DNA of 64,000 bases from a virus (lineage: Duplodnaviria; Caudoviricetes): positions 1 through 64,000 of the IMG/VR virus record IMGVR_UViG_2775507133_000001. One strand, written 5' to 3'. The notes beneath the pieces were generated by a model, which searched no databases, was not told where the DNA came from, and was given only the letters and a program-made list of their open reading frames with translations. The stretch's first letter is position 1; every line of letters begins with the position of its first letter. Shown piece after piece: positions 39,634 through 48,940 of this stretch. Made by a program: the position numbers and the translations under genes.

Positions 39634-40049
39634 CGCCCCATCAGGGCGGAGGCGAGCGCACCGTTGACGACTACGAGGAAGCTGCCAGCGATGCAGCCCG
39701 GGGTCACGCGCCAGGTGGGCTGCCAGCCGGGGCGCCAGGCGGGCGACTTCGCCGGGGGGCGGACGGCGTTGCTGTAGTCGACGAGCGCGGCGTGTGCCGC
39801 GACGGCGCCCTTGCCGGTCATCTGGAAGTAGCGGCGGGCGGGCCGCCGTTCGGCCTTGGCGACCTCGGGATCCTCGGACTCCTGCGTGATCCAGTCTTCC
39901 GCCTCCATGCGGGCGAGCGCCGGGTACAGGGAGCCGCTGCCGATGCCGGCGGCCTTCATGATCTCCGTGGCGAACAACTTCGCTTCGGGATCTTCTAGGA
40001 ACGTCTGGATGATCCGCACCATCGCGGGTGTCAGATGCTTTTGGTCCAT
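39630..40049 (-). CDS. PadR-family transcriptional regulator
   Basis: GSLYPALARME...W...RRYFQMT.KG. Confidence 0.85.
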   Translation of the reverse strand: MDQKHLTPAMVRIIQTFLEDPEAKLFATEIMKAAGIGSGSLYPALARMEAEDWITQESEDPEVAKAERRPARRYFQMTGKGAVAAHAALVDYSNAVRPPAKSPAWRPGWQPTWRVTPGCIAGSFLVVVNGALASALMGR

Positions 40050-40158
40050 ACAGCGAGGCTACACCTTCTTTCTGTCCGATAGAAGCAGTCCTATCGGACC
40101 GAAAGGAGCGCAGCCCAGTGGCCGTTTCGGGCTGGGAGCAGGGAGGGTCGGGGCCACC

Positions 40159-41100
40159 TCAGCCTTGCCAGCAGGCGACGGCCGCGACGCGCGGGGACCG
40201 TTCGGCCTCCGCGATGATCTCCGCCATGGACAGGTCCTTGCGGAAGCGGTGCCCGATCTTCTGCTCGATGCCGGCGAGGCGGGCGGCGGGCTCCGGGTTG
40301 AGCTGCGCGGACAGGACGAGCGCCGGCCGGGACGCGAGGACGCAGAACATGCACGACAGGCGGGGCATCCCGGCGAGGTAGGCGGGGTGCTTGCGCCGCC
40401 CGGAGGTCTCGACGGCCATCCACACGTCCAGCTCCGACCAGGCGTGCACCGGGTACCAGACGTCGACGTGCCGCAGGGTGTTCGAGGCGCCCCAGCCGGG
40501 GCCCACGCCCTTCGGTACCGGCTGCTTGCGCGCCTTGTACTTCTCGGCCTTGGCCCGCTTGGGCACGCACGTCTCGCAGGGGCAGGTCCAGGCGCCTTCG
40601 TGGGAGAACGCGAGGAGCTTGCGGCGGGCCGGTGACTCCTCGGCGCGCAGGCCCATGACGTTGAGGATGCGGACGCGGCCGGTGTGCCCGGCGTCGAGGG
40701 CTTCCTGGACGAGGCGGGTCATCAGGGTGCGGACGGGGCCTCGCTTGAAGTCGGAGGTGCACCACCGGTTGTCGGCGTCGGGGAACATGCCGCGTTCCTC
40801 GATCCGGTCGATGAGGTCGCCGCCCTTCCTCGCGACGACCTCGAACCGCAGGCCGTACGCGGCGGCGTGCTCGGCGGCCAGCTCGCGGGTGCCTTCCCAC
40901 TCGGCGGAGCCCAAGTCAGCGTGGACGCACACGATGCGGTCGGCGACGCCGGCCGCGCGGGCGTGCTGCACGAGTTCGTGCAGCATCGCGATGGAGTCCT
41001 TGCCGCCCGACAGGTTCGCAATGATCCACGTGTACGACGCCAGGTCGGGGACCTCGGTGCCGAAGCCGGGCAGGTCGAACGCCAGTTGAGCGGTGGGCAT
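40159..41100 (-). CDS. PAPS-reductase-family (PP-loop) protein
   Basis: SGGKDS PP-loop, RWCTSDFK, GLRAEESPAR, RLSCMFC. Confidence 0.85.
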   Translation of the reverse strand: MPTAQLAFDLPGFGTEVPDLASYTWIIANLSGGKDSIAMLHELVQHARAAGVADRIVCVHADLGSAEWEGTRELAAEHAAAYGLRFEVVARKGGDLIDRIEERGMFPDADNRWCTSDFKRGPVRTLMTRLVQEALDAGHTGRVRILNVMGLRAEESPARRKLLAFSHEGAWTCPCETCVPKRAKAEKYKARKQPVPKGVGPGWGASNTLRHVDVWYPVHAWSELDVWMAVETSGRRKHPAYLAGMPRLSCMFCVLASRPALVLSAQLNPEPAARLAGIEQKIGHRFRKDLSMAEIIAEAERSPRVAAVACWQG

Positions 41101-41232
41101 CGCGGACCTTCCTGGGGGTGGTGGGGTGGTGGAAGCCGGCCGGTTGAGGGCTTGGACGCCGCATGGACGTCCGGGGAGCTTCCGCGTGGAGTGGGGTGAA
41201 GCAGAGGGGGGTGAGGTGCTTAGATCGGCAGT

Positions 41233-41267
41233 GAGGGCCGGGGAGCGCTGCCTGCTCCCCGGCCCTC
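41233..41267 (-). repeat. AGGCAGC-loop hairpin copy 1
   Basis: 14-bp stem GAGGGCCGGGGAGC with 7-nt loop. Confidence 0.75.
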
Positions 41268-41277
41268 GCCTGTGCTG

Positions 41278-42135
41278 TTACGCGCGGGTGGCGGAGTGGC
41301 CGCGCGGCGACTCCTCGACCGGGGCGGGCGGCCAGGCGCCCATCTCCTTCAAGTGGTCGTGGACGGTGACGCCCCGGTGGGGGGTCCAGCCGCACGCGCA
41401 GTACGGAGCGATCCCGACCATGGGCGGGACGACCGGCCGGTGGTCACCGTTGCACGTGGCGCAGTCGTGGTCGGGGTCCTCCATCGGGTGCGTGGCCAGG
41501 TCCCGGCCGCTCGGCCGCGCGTGCGCGTGGGCCGCCTGGTCCTCCTGGTCCTCCGGGGCGGTCTCGGGCGCGGCGAGGACGTGGATGGCGGAGGCGGTGC
41601 CGCCCGGGCGGGGGCCGGAGCAGATGTACTCGCCCCACTCGTCGTTCACGCGCTTCCCGGTCCTGTCCCAGATGAGCAGCCGCTGGCACTGGGCGCAGGG
41701 CCCGGCGTCCTCCCCCGGTGTACCGGTCGGCCGGTCGGCCGGGGCGGGAGCCGGGGTCTCGCGGTCGGGGTTGTCGGGCAGGTCGACGCGGAGCGTGCCG
41801 ATCAGGTCGGGGACCTCCTTCCAGTCGGCGGCGAGCAGGCCGGCCGTGCCCCGGTTGAAGTGGAGCATGTCCAGCAGGACGTCGCGGACGCGGGCGCGAG
41901 CACTCTCGCTGAGCCTGTCGCGGGTGGCGTCGTTGAACTTCCACAGCTGCGTATCGCCGTCGTGGATCGCGGTCGGGGTGCCGCCGTTGATGCTGAGGGC
42001 GGTCGCGGTGGGCAGCTCGTCCCAGATGACGTGGGCGATGAGCAGCAGGCCGCGGTCGAGGACCTCGCGGCGGGCCTTGGCCGCGTCGCGGTAGGCGTCC
42101 TCGAAGTACTCGCTGTAGAAGCCGGTGTCCGGCAT
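41278..42135 (-). CDS. Hypothetical protein with Cys/His metal-binding motifs
   Basis: GAAGGA RBS; CAQC, CATC, CACG motifs. Confidence 0.65.
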   Translation of the reverse strand: MPDTGFYSEYFEDAYRDAAKARREVLDRGLLLIAHVIWDELPTATALSINGGTPTAIHDGDTQLWKFNDATRDRLSESARARVRDVLLDMLHFNRGTAGLLAADWKEVPDLIGTLRVDLPDNPDRETPAPAPADRPTGTPGEDAGPCAQCQRLLIWDRTGKRVNDEWGEYICSGPRPGGTASAIHVLAAPETAPEDQEDQAAHAHARPSGRDLATHPMEDPDHDCATCNGDHRPVVPPMVGIAPYCACGWTPHRGVTVHDHLKEMGAWPPAPVEESPRGHSATRA

Positions 42136-42164
42136 GGGTGGGTTCCTTCTCTCGGTGGGCGGGG

Positions 42165-42833
42165 CTAGTTGGCGGGCAGGTCGGTGCACGGCCAGAACGC
42201 GGTCAGCGTGTCGGTGATGTAGGCGAGGGCGTCCGGCTCGTTCTCGAAGCAGGCGTCCGCGTCCTCGAGGCCGTGCGCGCACCGCGCGTGGAGGACGCCG
42301 GTGCTGATGGTCTGGAGCGTGACCGGCTGGTCGGCGGTGATGACGAACGTGGCGCCGCTGCCTTCGATGTCGTGGCAGTGGTAGCGGGCGGGGGTGTCGT
42401 CGTCAGCGGGCACGACCTGGTGGAGGACGGCCGCGCCGCGGCCGGTGAGGACCAGGGTCGTGGCGGAGGTGACCTCGACCGCGTACGGCGGGGCGGGCTC
42501 CAGTCCGGCCGCGGCGCGCTTGGCGGCAACCTGGGCGGCTTCGCGGCGTCGCCGGCGGGCGATCTCCAGGAACGCGAGGCCGATCGTCTCGCGGCGGCTG
42601 GGGCCGGTGGCGTAGACGCGGCGCTCGCCTTCGGTGGCGCGGGCCTCCCAGGTGTCGGGCTCGTCGGGCTTGAGGTAGACCGCCAGTTCCTGGTTGGGGC
42701 CGTGCAGGTGGGCGGGGAGGTCGTCGGGGTAGCTGCCGGGCACGGTGAACAGGTAGCCGAGCAGGCCGAAGGGGGGCGGGAAGCGGCCAGCGCCGTAGAT
42801 CACGAGGTGCACGTCGGGCAGGTCGGTGGTCAA
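42165..42833 (-). CDS. Hypothetical protein
   Basis: 222-aa ORF with GGAG RBS. Confidence 0.6.
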   Translation of the reverse strand: MTTDLPDVHLVIYGAGRFPPPFGLLGYLFTVPGSYPDDLPAHLHGPNQELAVYLKPDEPDTWEARATEGERRVYATGPSRRETIGLAFLEIARRRRREAAQVAAKRAAAGLEPAPPYAVEVTSATTLVLTGRGAAVLHQVVPADDDTPARYHCHDIEGSGATFVITADQPVTLQTISTGVLHARCAHGLEDADACFENEPDALAYITDTLTAFWPCTDLPAN

Positions 42834-42858
42834 CGGGGTCTCCGATCGGGAGGGGTGG

Positions 42859-42885
42859 GGCCGGGGGCGCTGCCTGCCCCCGGCC
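42859..42885 (-). repeat. AGGCAGC-loop hairpin copy 2
   Basis: GGCCGGGGGC-AGGCAGC-GCCCCCGGCC. Confidence 0.75.
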
Positions 42886-42898
42886 GTAGGGGCGGGGG

Positions 42899-43801
42899 TC
42901 AGGCGGCCAGCGCGGCCAGGTGGGCGACCGCGTGAGCCAGGGAGTAGGCGCCGGTCACGGTGACGCCGGTGGGGGTGCCGACCAGGTCGGTCTGCTCGGC
43001 GGGCACGATGAGGTGCTTCTCCCCTAGCCCGAGGGCGGCCGCCACGGGCTGTTCGATGTCGCGCACGGTGCGGACTGTCCCGTCGAGGCCGAGTTCACCG
43101 ATCAGCACCACGCGCTGGGTGATGTCGGCGGGGAGCAGCCCGACCGCTTCGAGGGCGACGGCCGCCGTGGCGAGGTCGGCGGCGGGCCCGCCCGAGCGGA
43201 TGACCAGCCAGTCCGCGGTGATGTCGAGCGACCCGGTCGGCAGGGTGTAGCCGCTGTTGATGATGGCGGCGCGGATGCGGTCGCGGGTCTCGCGCGCGTA
43301 GGTGTCCCTGGTGCCGGTGATGTCGATGCGCGGGGTGGCCGCGGGCGCGAAGATCCCGCTGATCACGCGGAGGCCTTCGGGGGTGGGGAACCGGGTGTGG
43401 GCCACCTTCCGCTGGCCGGTCCCGTTGGCCGGGGCGGGAGCTCCGGGCAGGCGGACCAGGCGGTAGGGCAGGCCCTGGGGGGCGATCGGCCAGCGGGCGG
43501 CGCCGGCCATGCCGCCGAACGGCATGACGTCGGCGAGGATGCCGTCGACCTCGTCGGCGACCTCGTCGGGCAGGCCCTGACCCGCGCTGGTCGGGGCGTG
43601 CCAGATGGGGAGGCCTTCGGCGTCCTGGACCTCGTGCAGGTCCCGGCACTTGGCGTTGATGACGAGCGTCGCGGCCTGCGGCAGGTGGCCGCGGACCAGG
43701 TGGCCGATGTACGCGGTGGCCTTCGCGTACAGGTCGAGGCGGGCGGCGGCCGCCGCGTCGTAGGCGGCCGCGTATGCCGTGCCGGGGTCGGTGGTGGTCA
43801 C
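42899..43801 (-). CDS. Protein with C-terminal ComM/YifB N-terminal (ChlI/Lon-C-like) domain, no AAA+ domain
   Basis: RETRDRIRAAIINSG...DLATA...IGELGLDGTVR...IVP. Confidence 0.75.
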   Translation of the reverse strand: MTTTDPGTAYAAAYDAAAAARLDLYAKATAYIGHLVRGHLPQAATLVINAKCRDLHEVQDAEGLPIWHAPTSAGQGLPDEVADEVDGILADVMPFGGMAGAARWPIAPQGLPYRLVRLPGAPAPANGTGQRKVAHTRFPTPEGLRVISGIFAPAATPRIDITGTRDTYARETRDRIRAAIINSGYTLPTGSLDITADWLVIRSGGPAADLATAAVALEAVGLLPADITQRVVLIGELGLDGTVRTVRDIEQPVAAALGLGEKHLIVPAEQTDLVGTPTGVTVTGAYSLAHAVAHLAALAA

Positions 43802-43882
43802 AGCGGTTGTCCTTCCGTTCGAGGGGGTCCAGGCGGTTCCTGGGCGGGCGGCACGTGCCAGGTGTTCGTGCCGCCTGCGCAG

Positions 43883-43911
43883 GGGCCGGGGGCGCTGCCT
43901 GCCCCCGGCCC
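43883..43911 (-). repeat. AGGCAGC-loop hairpin copy 3
   Basis: 11-bp stem, same loop. Confidence 0.75.
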
Positions 43912-43924
43912 GGCGCGGGGGTGG

Positions 43925-44785
43925 TCAGGACGCGGCGCGGTCGAACGTCTGGAGCAGGCGCACGGTCTCGGCGATGGTGGCCACGCAGTAGACGCTGACC
44001 TCGGGCACGTCGAATTCGTGCATGTTGGCTTCGGGCACGATCACGGTGGTGCAGCCGCTGGCGATGGCGGCGCGGGCGGCCGCGTTGATGTCGGCCACCA
44101 GCCGCACCCTGCCGCCCAGGCCCAGCCCGCCGACGAACGCGACCTCGTCCAGGGCGGCCGGGCGGTAGTGCCCGGCCGCGCCGAGGATGGCGCAGGCGAT
44201 CGCGAGGTCATGCGAGGCGTCCAGCGGGCGGCCGGTGACGGTCTCGACGGTCACCGTAAGGCGGCCGGTGGGCCACGGGCAGCCGCCGTTGGTGATCGCG
44301 GCGCGGACGCGGTCCCTGGTCTCGCGGTCGTGGGCGACGCCGGTGAGGGCGAATGAGCCGAGGCCGGGGCTGACCGTCGCGTGGATCACGGCGGCGGCGT
44401 CGGAGGCGGCTCGCACCTGCGCGCGGCCGATGCGGGTGTCGGCGGGCCAGGCGACGCCGAGGCCGCGGTGGTCGGCGTCGACGACCACGCCCGTGCGGTA
44501 CAGGGCGTCGCCCACCACGTAGTCCGGGGTGACGATGTCGTCGAGGACGTCGCCCGGGCGCGCATCGAGGACGGCGTACCGCAGGTTGAACGGGTTGCCG
44601 TCCTCGATGAGCGTGCCGGTGTCGATGACGCCGTTCCGGGCCGGGCGGGGGGCGCGGGGCCCGATGGCGTCGGCGGTCTTGGCGCACTCGGTGCAGTAGG
44701 CGACCGTGCCGCCCCATCCGTCGGTGCTGGGCCAGGTGTTGCCGCAGCTCGTGCAGCGCTTCGTGAGGGGGGTCGTGGTGGTCAT
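43925..44785 (-). CDS. Zinc ribbon + ComM/YifB N-terminal-like domain protein, no AAA+ domain
   Basis: CTSC...CTEC; PGL..F.LTG...ETRDRVRAAITNGG...DLAIACAIL...GGLGLGGRVR...IVPEAN. Confidence 0.75.
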   Translation of the reverse strand: MTTTTPLTKRCTSCGNTWPSTDGWGGTVAYCTECAKTADAIGPRAPRPARNGVIDTGTLIEDGNPFNLRYAVLDARPGDVLDDIVTPDYVVGDALYRTGVVVDADHRGLGVAWPADTRIGRAQVRAASDAAAVIHATVSPGLGSFALTGVAHDRETRDRVRAAITNGGCPWPTGRLTVTVETVTGRPLDASHDLAIACAILGAAGHYRPAALDEVAFVGGLGLGGRVRLVADINAAARAAIASGCTTVIVPEANMHEFDVPEVSVYCVATIAETVRLLQTFDRAAS

Positions 44786-44826
44786 CGGGTTCCTCTCGGT
44801 TCGTGCGTGGGTGGTTGAGGGGGGTT

Positions 44827-44857
44827 GGGGCCGGGGGCGCTGCCTGCCCCCGGCCCC
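44827..44857 (-). repeat. AGGCAGC-loop hairpin copy 4
   Basis: 12-bp stem, same loop. Confidence 0.75.
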
Positions 44858-44865
44858 GGGGTGGG

Positions 44866-45141
44866 TCAGGCCGGGCGGTGGGCCCGGATGACCCGCATGT
44901 GGTAGCGGCGGCTGATCTCGTTCACCGCGATCAGGCGGACCTGGGCCTTGACCGGGTCCATCTCGCCGGCCTCCAGGGCGCGGATGATCGGGACGGTGTT
45001 GTCGTGGACGCAGATGGCGCCCGTGCGGGTGCCGTGGTTGCCGCTGTTGAAGAGGGCGCGCAGGGGGCTGATCTGCTCGCGCAGGTAGGCGGCCAGTTCC
45101 TTGGCGGTCAGGGTGGTGGGGGTGATCTTGCGGACCGGCAT
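44866..45141 (-). CDS. Hypothetical protein
   Basis: AGGAG RBS; first gene after repeat R1. Confidence 0.65.
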   Translation of the reverse strand: MPVRKITPTTLTAKELAAYLREQISPLRALFNSGNHGTRTGAICVHDNTVPIIRALEAGEMDPVKAQVRLIAVNEISRRYHMRVIRAHRPA

Positions 45142-45166
45142 GGCGCACTCCTGGGTGGTAGTTGGT

Positions 45167-45262
45167 GTTTTGAACTACTTCCATCCTTCCCTAGTTGGCT
45201 TTGGCTAGCCAGTTTTACCAAGCAGATTACGTAAAGAATCTCAAAAGAGATCGCGGCTGTCA
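45167..45262 (-). promoter_or_regulatory. ~95-bp early promoter/operator repeat R1
   Basis: AT-rich match to consensus ...TTTAC...AAAACTGGCTAG...AGGATGRAAGTAGTTCAAAAC. Confidence 0.8.
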
Positions 45263-48145
45263 GGCGGCGACCAGCTCGCCATGGATGACCGCCCGCAGCC
45301 GGGACGCGATCCACGTTCCGACCGCCGGGCTCACCGCGTTACCGAACCCGTCCACCTGGTTCCGCGCGCTCCCCCACACCTTGAACGTCCCCTTGCGGCC
45401 AGCGAAGTCGACGTCGAAGCCGCAGCCGACGCCGACCTCGCTGGGCTTCATCATCCGGAAGAAGCACTCCTCCAGCGGCAGGTCGGCCAGCGACGCCTGC
45501 CACTGGGCGACGAGCAGCCCGGTCGTGTCCCGCGTGGTGAGCGTGCCCAGCGGGTCGGTCACCGGGTGCGGCGCGGTCTCGTCGCCCTTCGGCCCGTTCT
45601 GCTTGAACCAACCGGCGCTCAGCAGGCCCGGGATCTGGTCGGAGGTGACCGTGGGCATCGCCTCGGCGTGCACCGTGGGCAGCGTGTTCTTCCGGAACGG
45701 GACGATCCCGGATGACACCACGGCGAGCGTCTCCGAACCGACCTGCGTGGGCAGCGGGATGTGCGCGCCCCGGGGGCCGCCCTGGTAGTTGTCGACCGCG
45801 AGGAACACCGCCTTCTCGTGCGTTGCGGTGACCGTGTCCATCGGGCTGAGGATGTGCTGGCCGTCGCCGTTGTGCCGGTGCGCGGCGATGATCTGACCGG
45901 CCATGAGGAGCGCGGTCTCCTGCTGGCTGGTCTGCGTGGACATCGGCTGCCACGGGTGCCGCTCGATGCCGTGCACCGACTTCGCGGGCATCAGGACCGC
46001 CGGGTACTGGGCGAAGCGCTGGCGGCAGCGTTCGGCGCGGGCGAGCGTCGTCTCGGCGAGCGGGACGTCCCGGTCGCCGATCTTGGTTCCCAGGTCGGAC
46101 AGGTCGAGGGCGACCAGCGAGGGCGTCATCGGCGGGACGACCTCGCGGCGGCAGCTCGGGCAACGGTAGTTGTACTGCTTGCCGTAGCAGACCGACCCCG
46201 AGGCGGGCACGCCCGTCTTCCACGACCAGACCGCTTCCACGGTCTTGTCGCAGTGCTGGCAGAACGACGCCGGCCGGTGGTCGAGGTCGGGGGTGGGCAG
46301 CGACTCGTCCCAGAACGCGATGTAGAGCCGGTCGCGGCTCTGGGGGACGCCGAAGAACTGCGAGTTCAGGTACAGCACCCGGTAGCGGTAGCCCAGCTTC
46401 TCGAACTCGTGGAGCCACCACCGGTAGGTGCTGCCGTCGCCGATCTTGGGGCGGCCGAGGATCGCCGGCCCCCACGACTGGAGGCCGGTCGTGCACTCGA
46501 CGAGGATCAGCCGCGGGTGGTGCCGCCCGGCGTACTGCAGAACGCACGTCGCGGTCGCGCGGTCCCGTTCGGAGCGCGTCACCCGCGCCTCGAACTCCGG
46601 GTCTTCCAGCTCGAACAGCCCGAGGCCCTGCTCGTACGCCCTCTGCGTGTTCGCCTGGGAGTGGTTGACGCAGTTGTGGACCAGGACGCCGTCGACCACG
46701 TACGTGTGGTCCTCCTCGACGGTCATGTTGTAGACCGTGACCGTCTCGCCCGGGGCGATGGCGCCGCTGGCCTTGCCCCACCGGAAGCCGTCCGCATCAC
46801 GGTGCTTGGGCTTCCGCTGCTGGGTCAGGTGCGCGGTGACCGTCCAGCGGGGGCTCTGTCGCACCGTGCGGCCTTCGATGACCGCCGTGGCCTTCGGCCG
46901 CTGGTAGTGGACCGTGGCGTAGTAGCCCAGCGAGGTCAGCAGGAGACGCACGCCGACGGTGAGCTGCTTGGACACCGACATCGACTGGACGCGCAGGCCG
47001 TCCCGGCTGATGTGCCCGTCGGCGGACAGGTAGCCATCCAGGAAGGAACGGCGGATCTCTTCGGGCGCGAACAGCAGCCAGGTCGGCAGCTTCTTGCCTG
47101 CGGCGCCGTGGCCGAAGTGGTCGGCCAGGAAGGCGGCGAGGCCCACCCGGTTGACGTGGAAGGTGTCGGTCGTGCGCTGCCGGGTGCGGTTCCACGGGAG
47201 GCCGGTCCGTGCCGCGAGTTCCTCGGCGAGTGCGTCGCTCTCGTCGTGGCTGGCGCAGATCGTCACGCGGGACCACACGTTGCCCCGCTCGGGTCGGCGG
47301 GCGAGCCACCCGTCGCCGACCCACCGGCCGAGCACCCACGCGACGTCGGCGGTGACCGTGCCGAGCCCGTCGACCACGGGCAGGGCGTCGGTCTCGCCGG
47401 TGAGGATCGGGGTGCCGACCCACTCGCCGGCCAGGGAGTCGGCCCGCACCTCACGCGGTGCGCCGAGGACGAGGAGTGCGCGCCTGTTCGCGTTCGCCTG
47501 GCTGCACTTCCGGGAGCAGAACAGGCGGGCCGTGCTGGTGTTCCTGAACTGCGGGGCCGGGCCGCCGCATTCGAGGCAGCGTGCGCCGTCGAGCGGCTGG
47601 TACCTACGGCGAGGCTGGACGGCGCGCGTGGCCGTAGCCGCCATGAACGGGTGGTCCGGGGTGCAGGTGATCGCGGTGGTCGCGTTGACGGTAACCGTGG
47701 GCCGGTCAACCGCCGAGGTGTGCGTGACCGGGCGCCAGCGCGACCGGTGCGTCCACACCTCTTCGCCGACCTTCACGTCCTCGATCGGGATGAGCCCGCG
47801 CCGGGTGAGCACGAGCGCCCCGGCGGCGAAGCAGGAGACACCGGCGGCGAGCAGGTCGGCCGGGGGCAGGTCCCGCGCGGAGTGGTAGTCGGAGGCGTCC
47901 GGGTCGACCAGGTCGGCGATCCAGTGCTCGGCGGTCGGGTGGTTCGTCTCGTGGACCCGCACTTTGTACTCGTTGTGGTTCGCCGCCATGATCGTGTCGA
48001 ATCCGGCGTCCTCGATGCCCTTGGTGAGCCCGCCGAAGCCGCTGAACAGGTCGCACGCGGTCAGGGAGTCGTGGCGGAAGACGCGCCGTCTCCTTGCCGG
48101 CCGGTGGGCAGCGATCCGGAACTTCTTCCTCTTCACAGAGGCCAT
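45260..48145 (-). CDS. DNA (cytosine-5) methyltransferase containing an intein
   Basis: DLFSGFGG motif I, S|C motif IV split by the intein, LILVEC motif VI-like, GVPQSRDR motif VIII, C-terminal GNAV motif X. Confidence 0.9.
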   Translation of the reverse strand: MASVKRKKFRIAAHRPARRRRVFRHDSLTACDLFSGFGGLTKGIEDAGFDTIMAANHNEYKVRVHETNHPTAEHWIADLVDPDASDYHSARDLPPADLLAAGVSCFAAGALVLTRRGLIPIEDVKVGEEVWTHRSRWRPVTHTSAVDRPTVTVNATTAITCTPDHPFMAATATRAVQPRRRYQPLDGARCLECGGPAPQFRNTSTARLFCSRKCSQANANRRALLVLGAPREVRADSLAGEWVGTPILTGETDALPVVDGLGTVTADVAWVLGRWVGDGWLARRPERGNVWSRVTICASHDESDALAEELAARTGLPWNRTRQRTTDTFHVNRVGLAAFLADHFGHGAAGKKLPTWLLFAPEEIRRSFLDGYLSADGHISRDGLRVQSMSVSKQLTVGVRLLLTSLGYYATVHYQRPKATAVIEGRTVRQSPRWTVTAHLTQQRKPKHRDADGFRWGKASGAIAPGETVTVYNMTVEEDHTYVVDGVLVHNCVNHSQANTQRAYEQGLGLFELEDPEFEARVTRSERDRATATCVLQYAGRHHPRLILVECTTGLQSWGPAILGRPKIGDGSTYRWWLHEFEKLGYRYRVLYLNSQFFGVPQSRDRLYIAFWDESLPTPDLDHRPASFCQHCDKTVEAVWSWKTGVPASGSVCYGKQYNYRCPSCRREVVPPMTPSLVALDLSDLGTKIGDRDVPLAETTLARAERCRQRFAQYPAVLMPAKSVHGIERHPWQPMSTQTSQQETALLMAGQIIAAHRHNGDGQHILSPMDTVTATHEKAVFLAVDNYQGGPRGAHIPLPTQVGSETLAVVSSGIVPFRKNTLPTVHAEAMPTVTSDQIPGLLSAGWFKQNGPKGDETAPHPVTDPLGTLTTRDTTGLLVAQWQASLADLPLEECFFRMMKPSEVGVGCGFDVDFAGRKGTFKVWGSARNQVDGFGNAVSPAVGTWIASRLRAVIHGELVAA
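46673..47833 (-). mobile_element. Intein (387 aa) with LAGLIDADG homing endonuclease
   Basis: Starts CFAAGALVLT; block B TPDHPF; WVLGRWVGDG and FLDGYLSADG motifs; ends VYNMTV...VLVHN followed by Cys. Confidence 0.92.
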
Positions 48146-48218
48146 GCGGTCACTCCTTGTTGGGATGGCGAGCGCCGCCCCGGTCGGGGCGGCGCTTGTA
48201 GGTCGGGCAGGGGGGCGG

Positions 48219-48470
48219 TCAGCGCATGCGTCGGGCGTGGATCAGCTCGGCGGCCGTCCGCAGCGAGCTGAGGCCGGCGGTGATGCCCTCGGCCGGGTGG
48301 TTGATGACGCACTCCTTGCCGTCGATGCGGCTGACGGTCCAGGGCAGCAGGTCGTTCGTTGCGCGGTCGACAACGTCGAACCACTCGACCCGGCCGAAGT
48401 AGGCGGGGGTTCCGTACACCTCGGGCCTGGTCGGGGACTCGGTGCGATTCGGGGTGAGCATCACGTTCAT
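48219..48470 (-). CDS. Hypothetical protein
   Basis: AGGAAGG RBS. Confidence 0.55.
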   Translation of the reverse strand: MNVMLTPNRTESPTRPEVYGTPAYFGRVEWFDVVDRATNDLLPWTVSRIDGKECVINHPAEGITAGLSSLRTAAELIHARRMR

Positions 48471-48541
48471 GGGGGCCTTCCTGGGGGGCGTGTTCGGGGC
48501 GATGGAGGGAGGGGGCGGCCGACGGGCCGCCCCCGGTCGGG

Positions 48542-48817
48542 TCAGGACTTGCGGCGGTTGACGACGGAGAGGGTCACGCCCTTGGCGGCGAGGGCGCGGC
48601 AGATGTTTCCGCGCACCCAGCCGCCGCGGTCCTCGCTCCCGAACTCGGCGAGGAACTGGAGCCGCTTGGGGTTGTCGGCGTAGATGCTGAACTCGTCTGC
48701 GAGTGCGTAGGCGAGCGTCCGGCTGTCCCAGCCGCTGTGGAACAACTCGTCGGACGCCTCGGTGTCGGGGAGGTCGAGGTACTCGGCGATCAGGGTCTGT
48801 GCAGGCGCCTGGCTCAC
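48542..48817 (-). CDS. Hypothetical protein
   Basis: AAGGAG RBS; first gene after R2. Confidence 0.65.
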   Translation of the reverse strand: MSQAPAQTLIAEYLDLPDTEASDELFHSGWDSRTLAYALADEFSIYADNPKRLQFLAEFGSEDRGGWVRGNICRALAAKGVTLSVVNRRKS

Positions 48818-48845
48818 GGTCTGCTCCTTGGTGGGCGATTGGTGC

Positions 48846-48940
48846 GTGTTGAACTACTTTCATCCTTCCTGAATACAATTTGCCTAGCCAGTTAGGAATA
48901 ACTGGATAGAGTAAAGTGACTACAAAGAAATCGCAGGTCA
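48846..48940 (-). promoter_or_regulatory. Early promoter/operator repeat R2
   Basis: Match to the repeat consensus. Confidence 0.8.

Noticed and set aside
40159-41100. cysH (sulfate assimilation) or a complete dnd cluster
   Set aside because: No cys or other dnd genes nearby; only family-level assignment is supported
42899-44785. Magnesium chelatase genes
   Set aside because: Only the ComM/ChlI N-terminal-like domain is present; no AAA+ motifs or tetrapyrrole context
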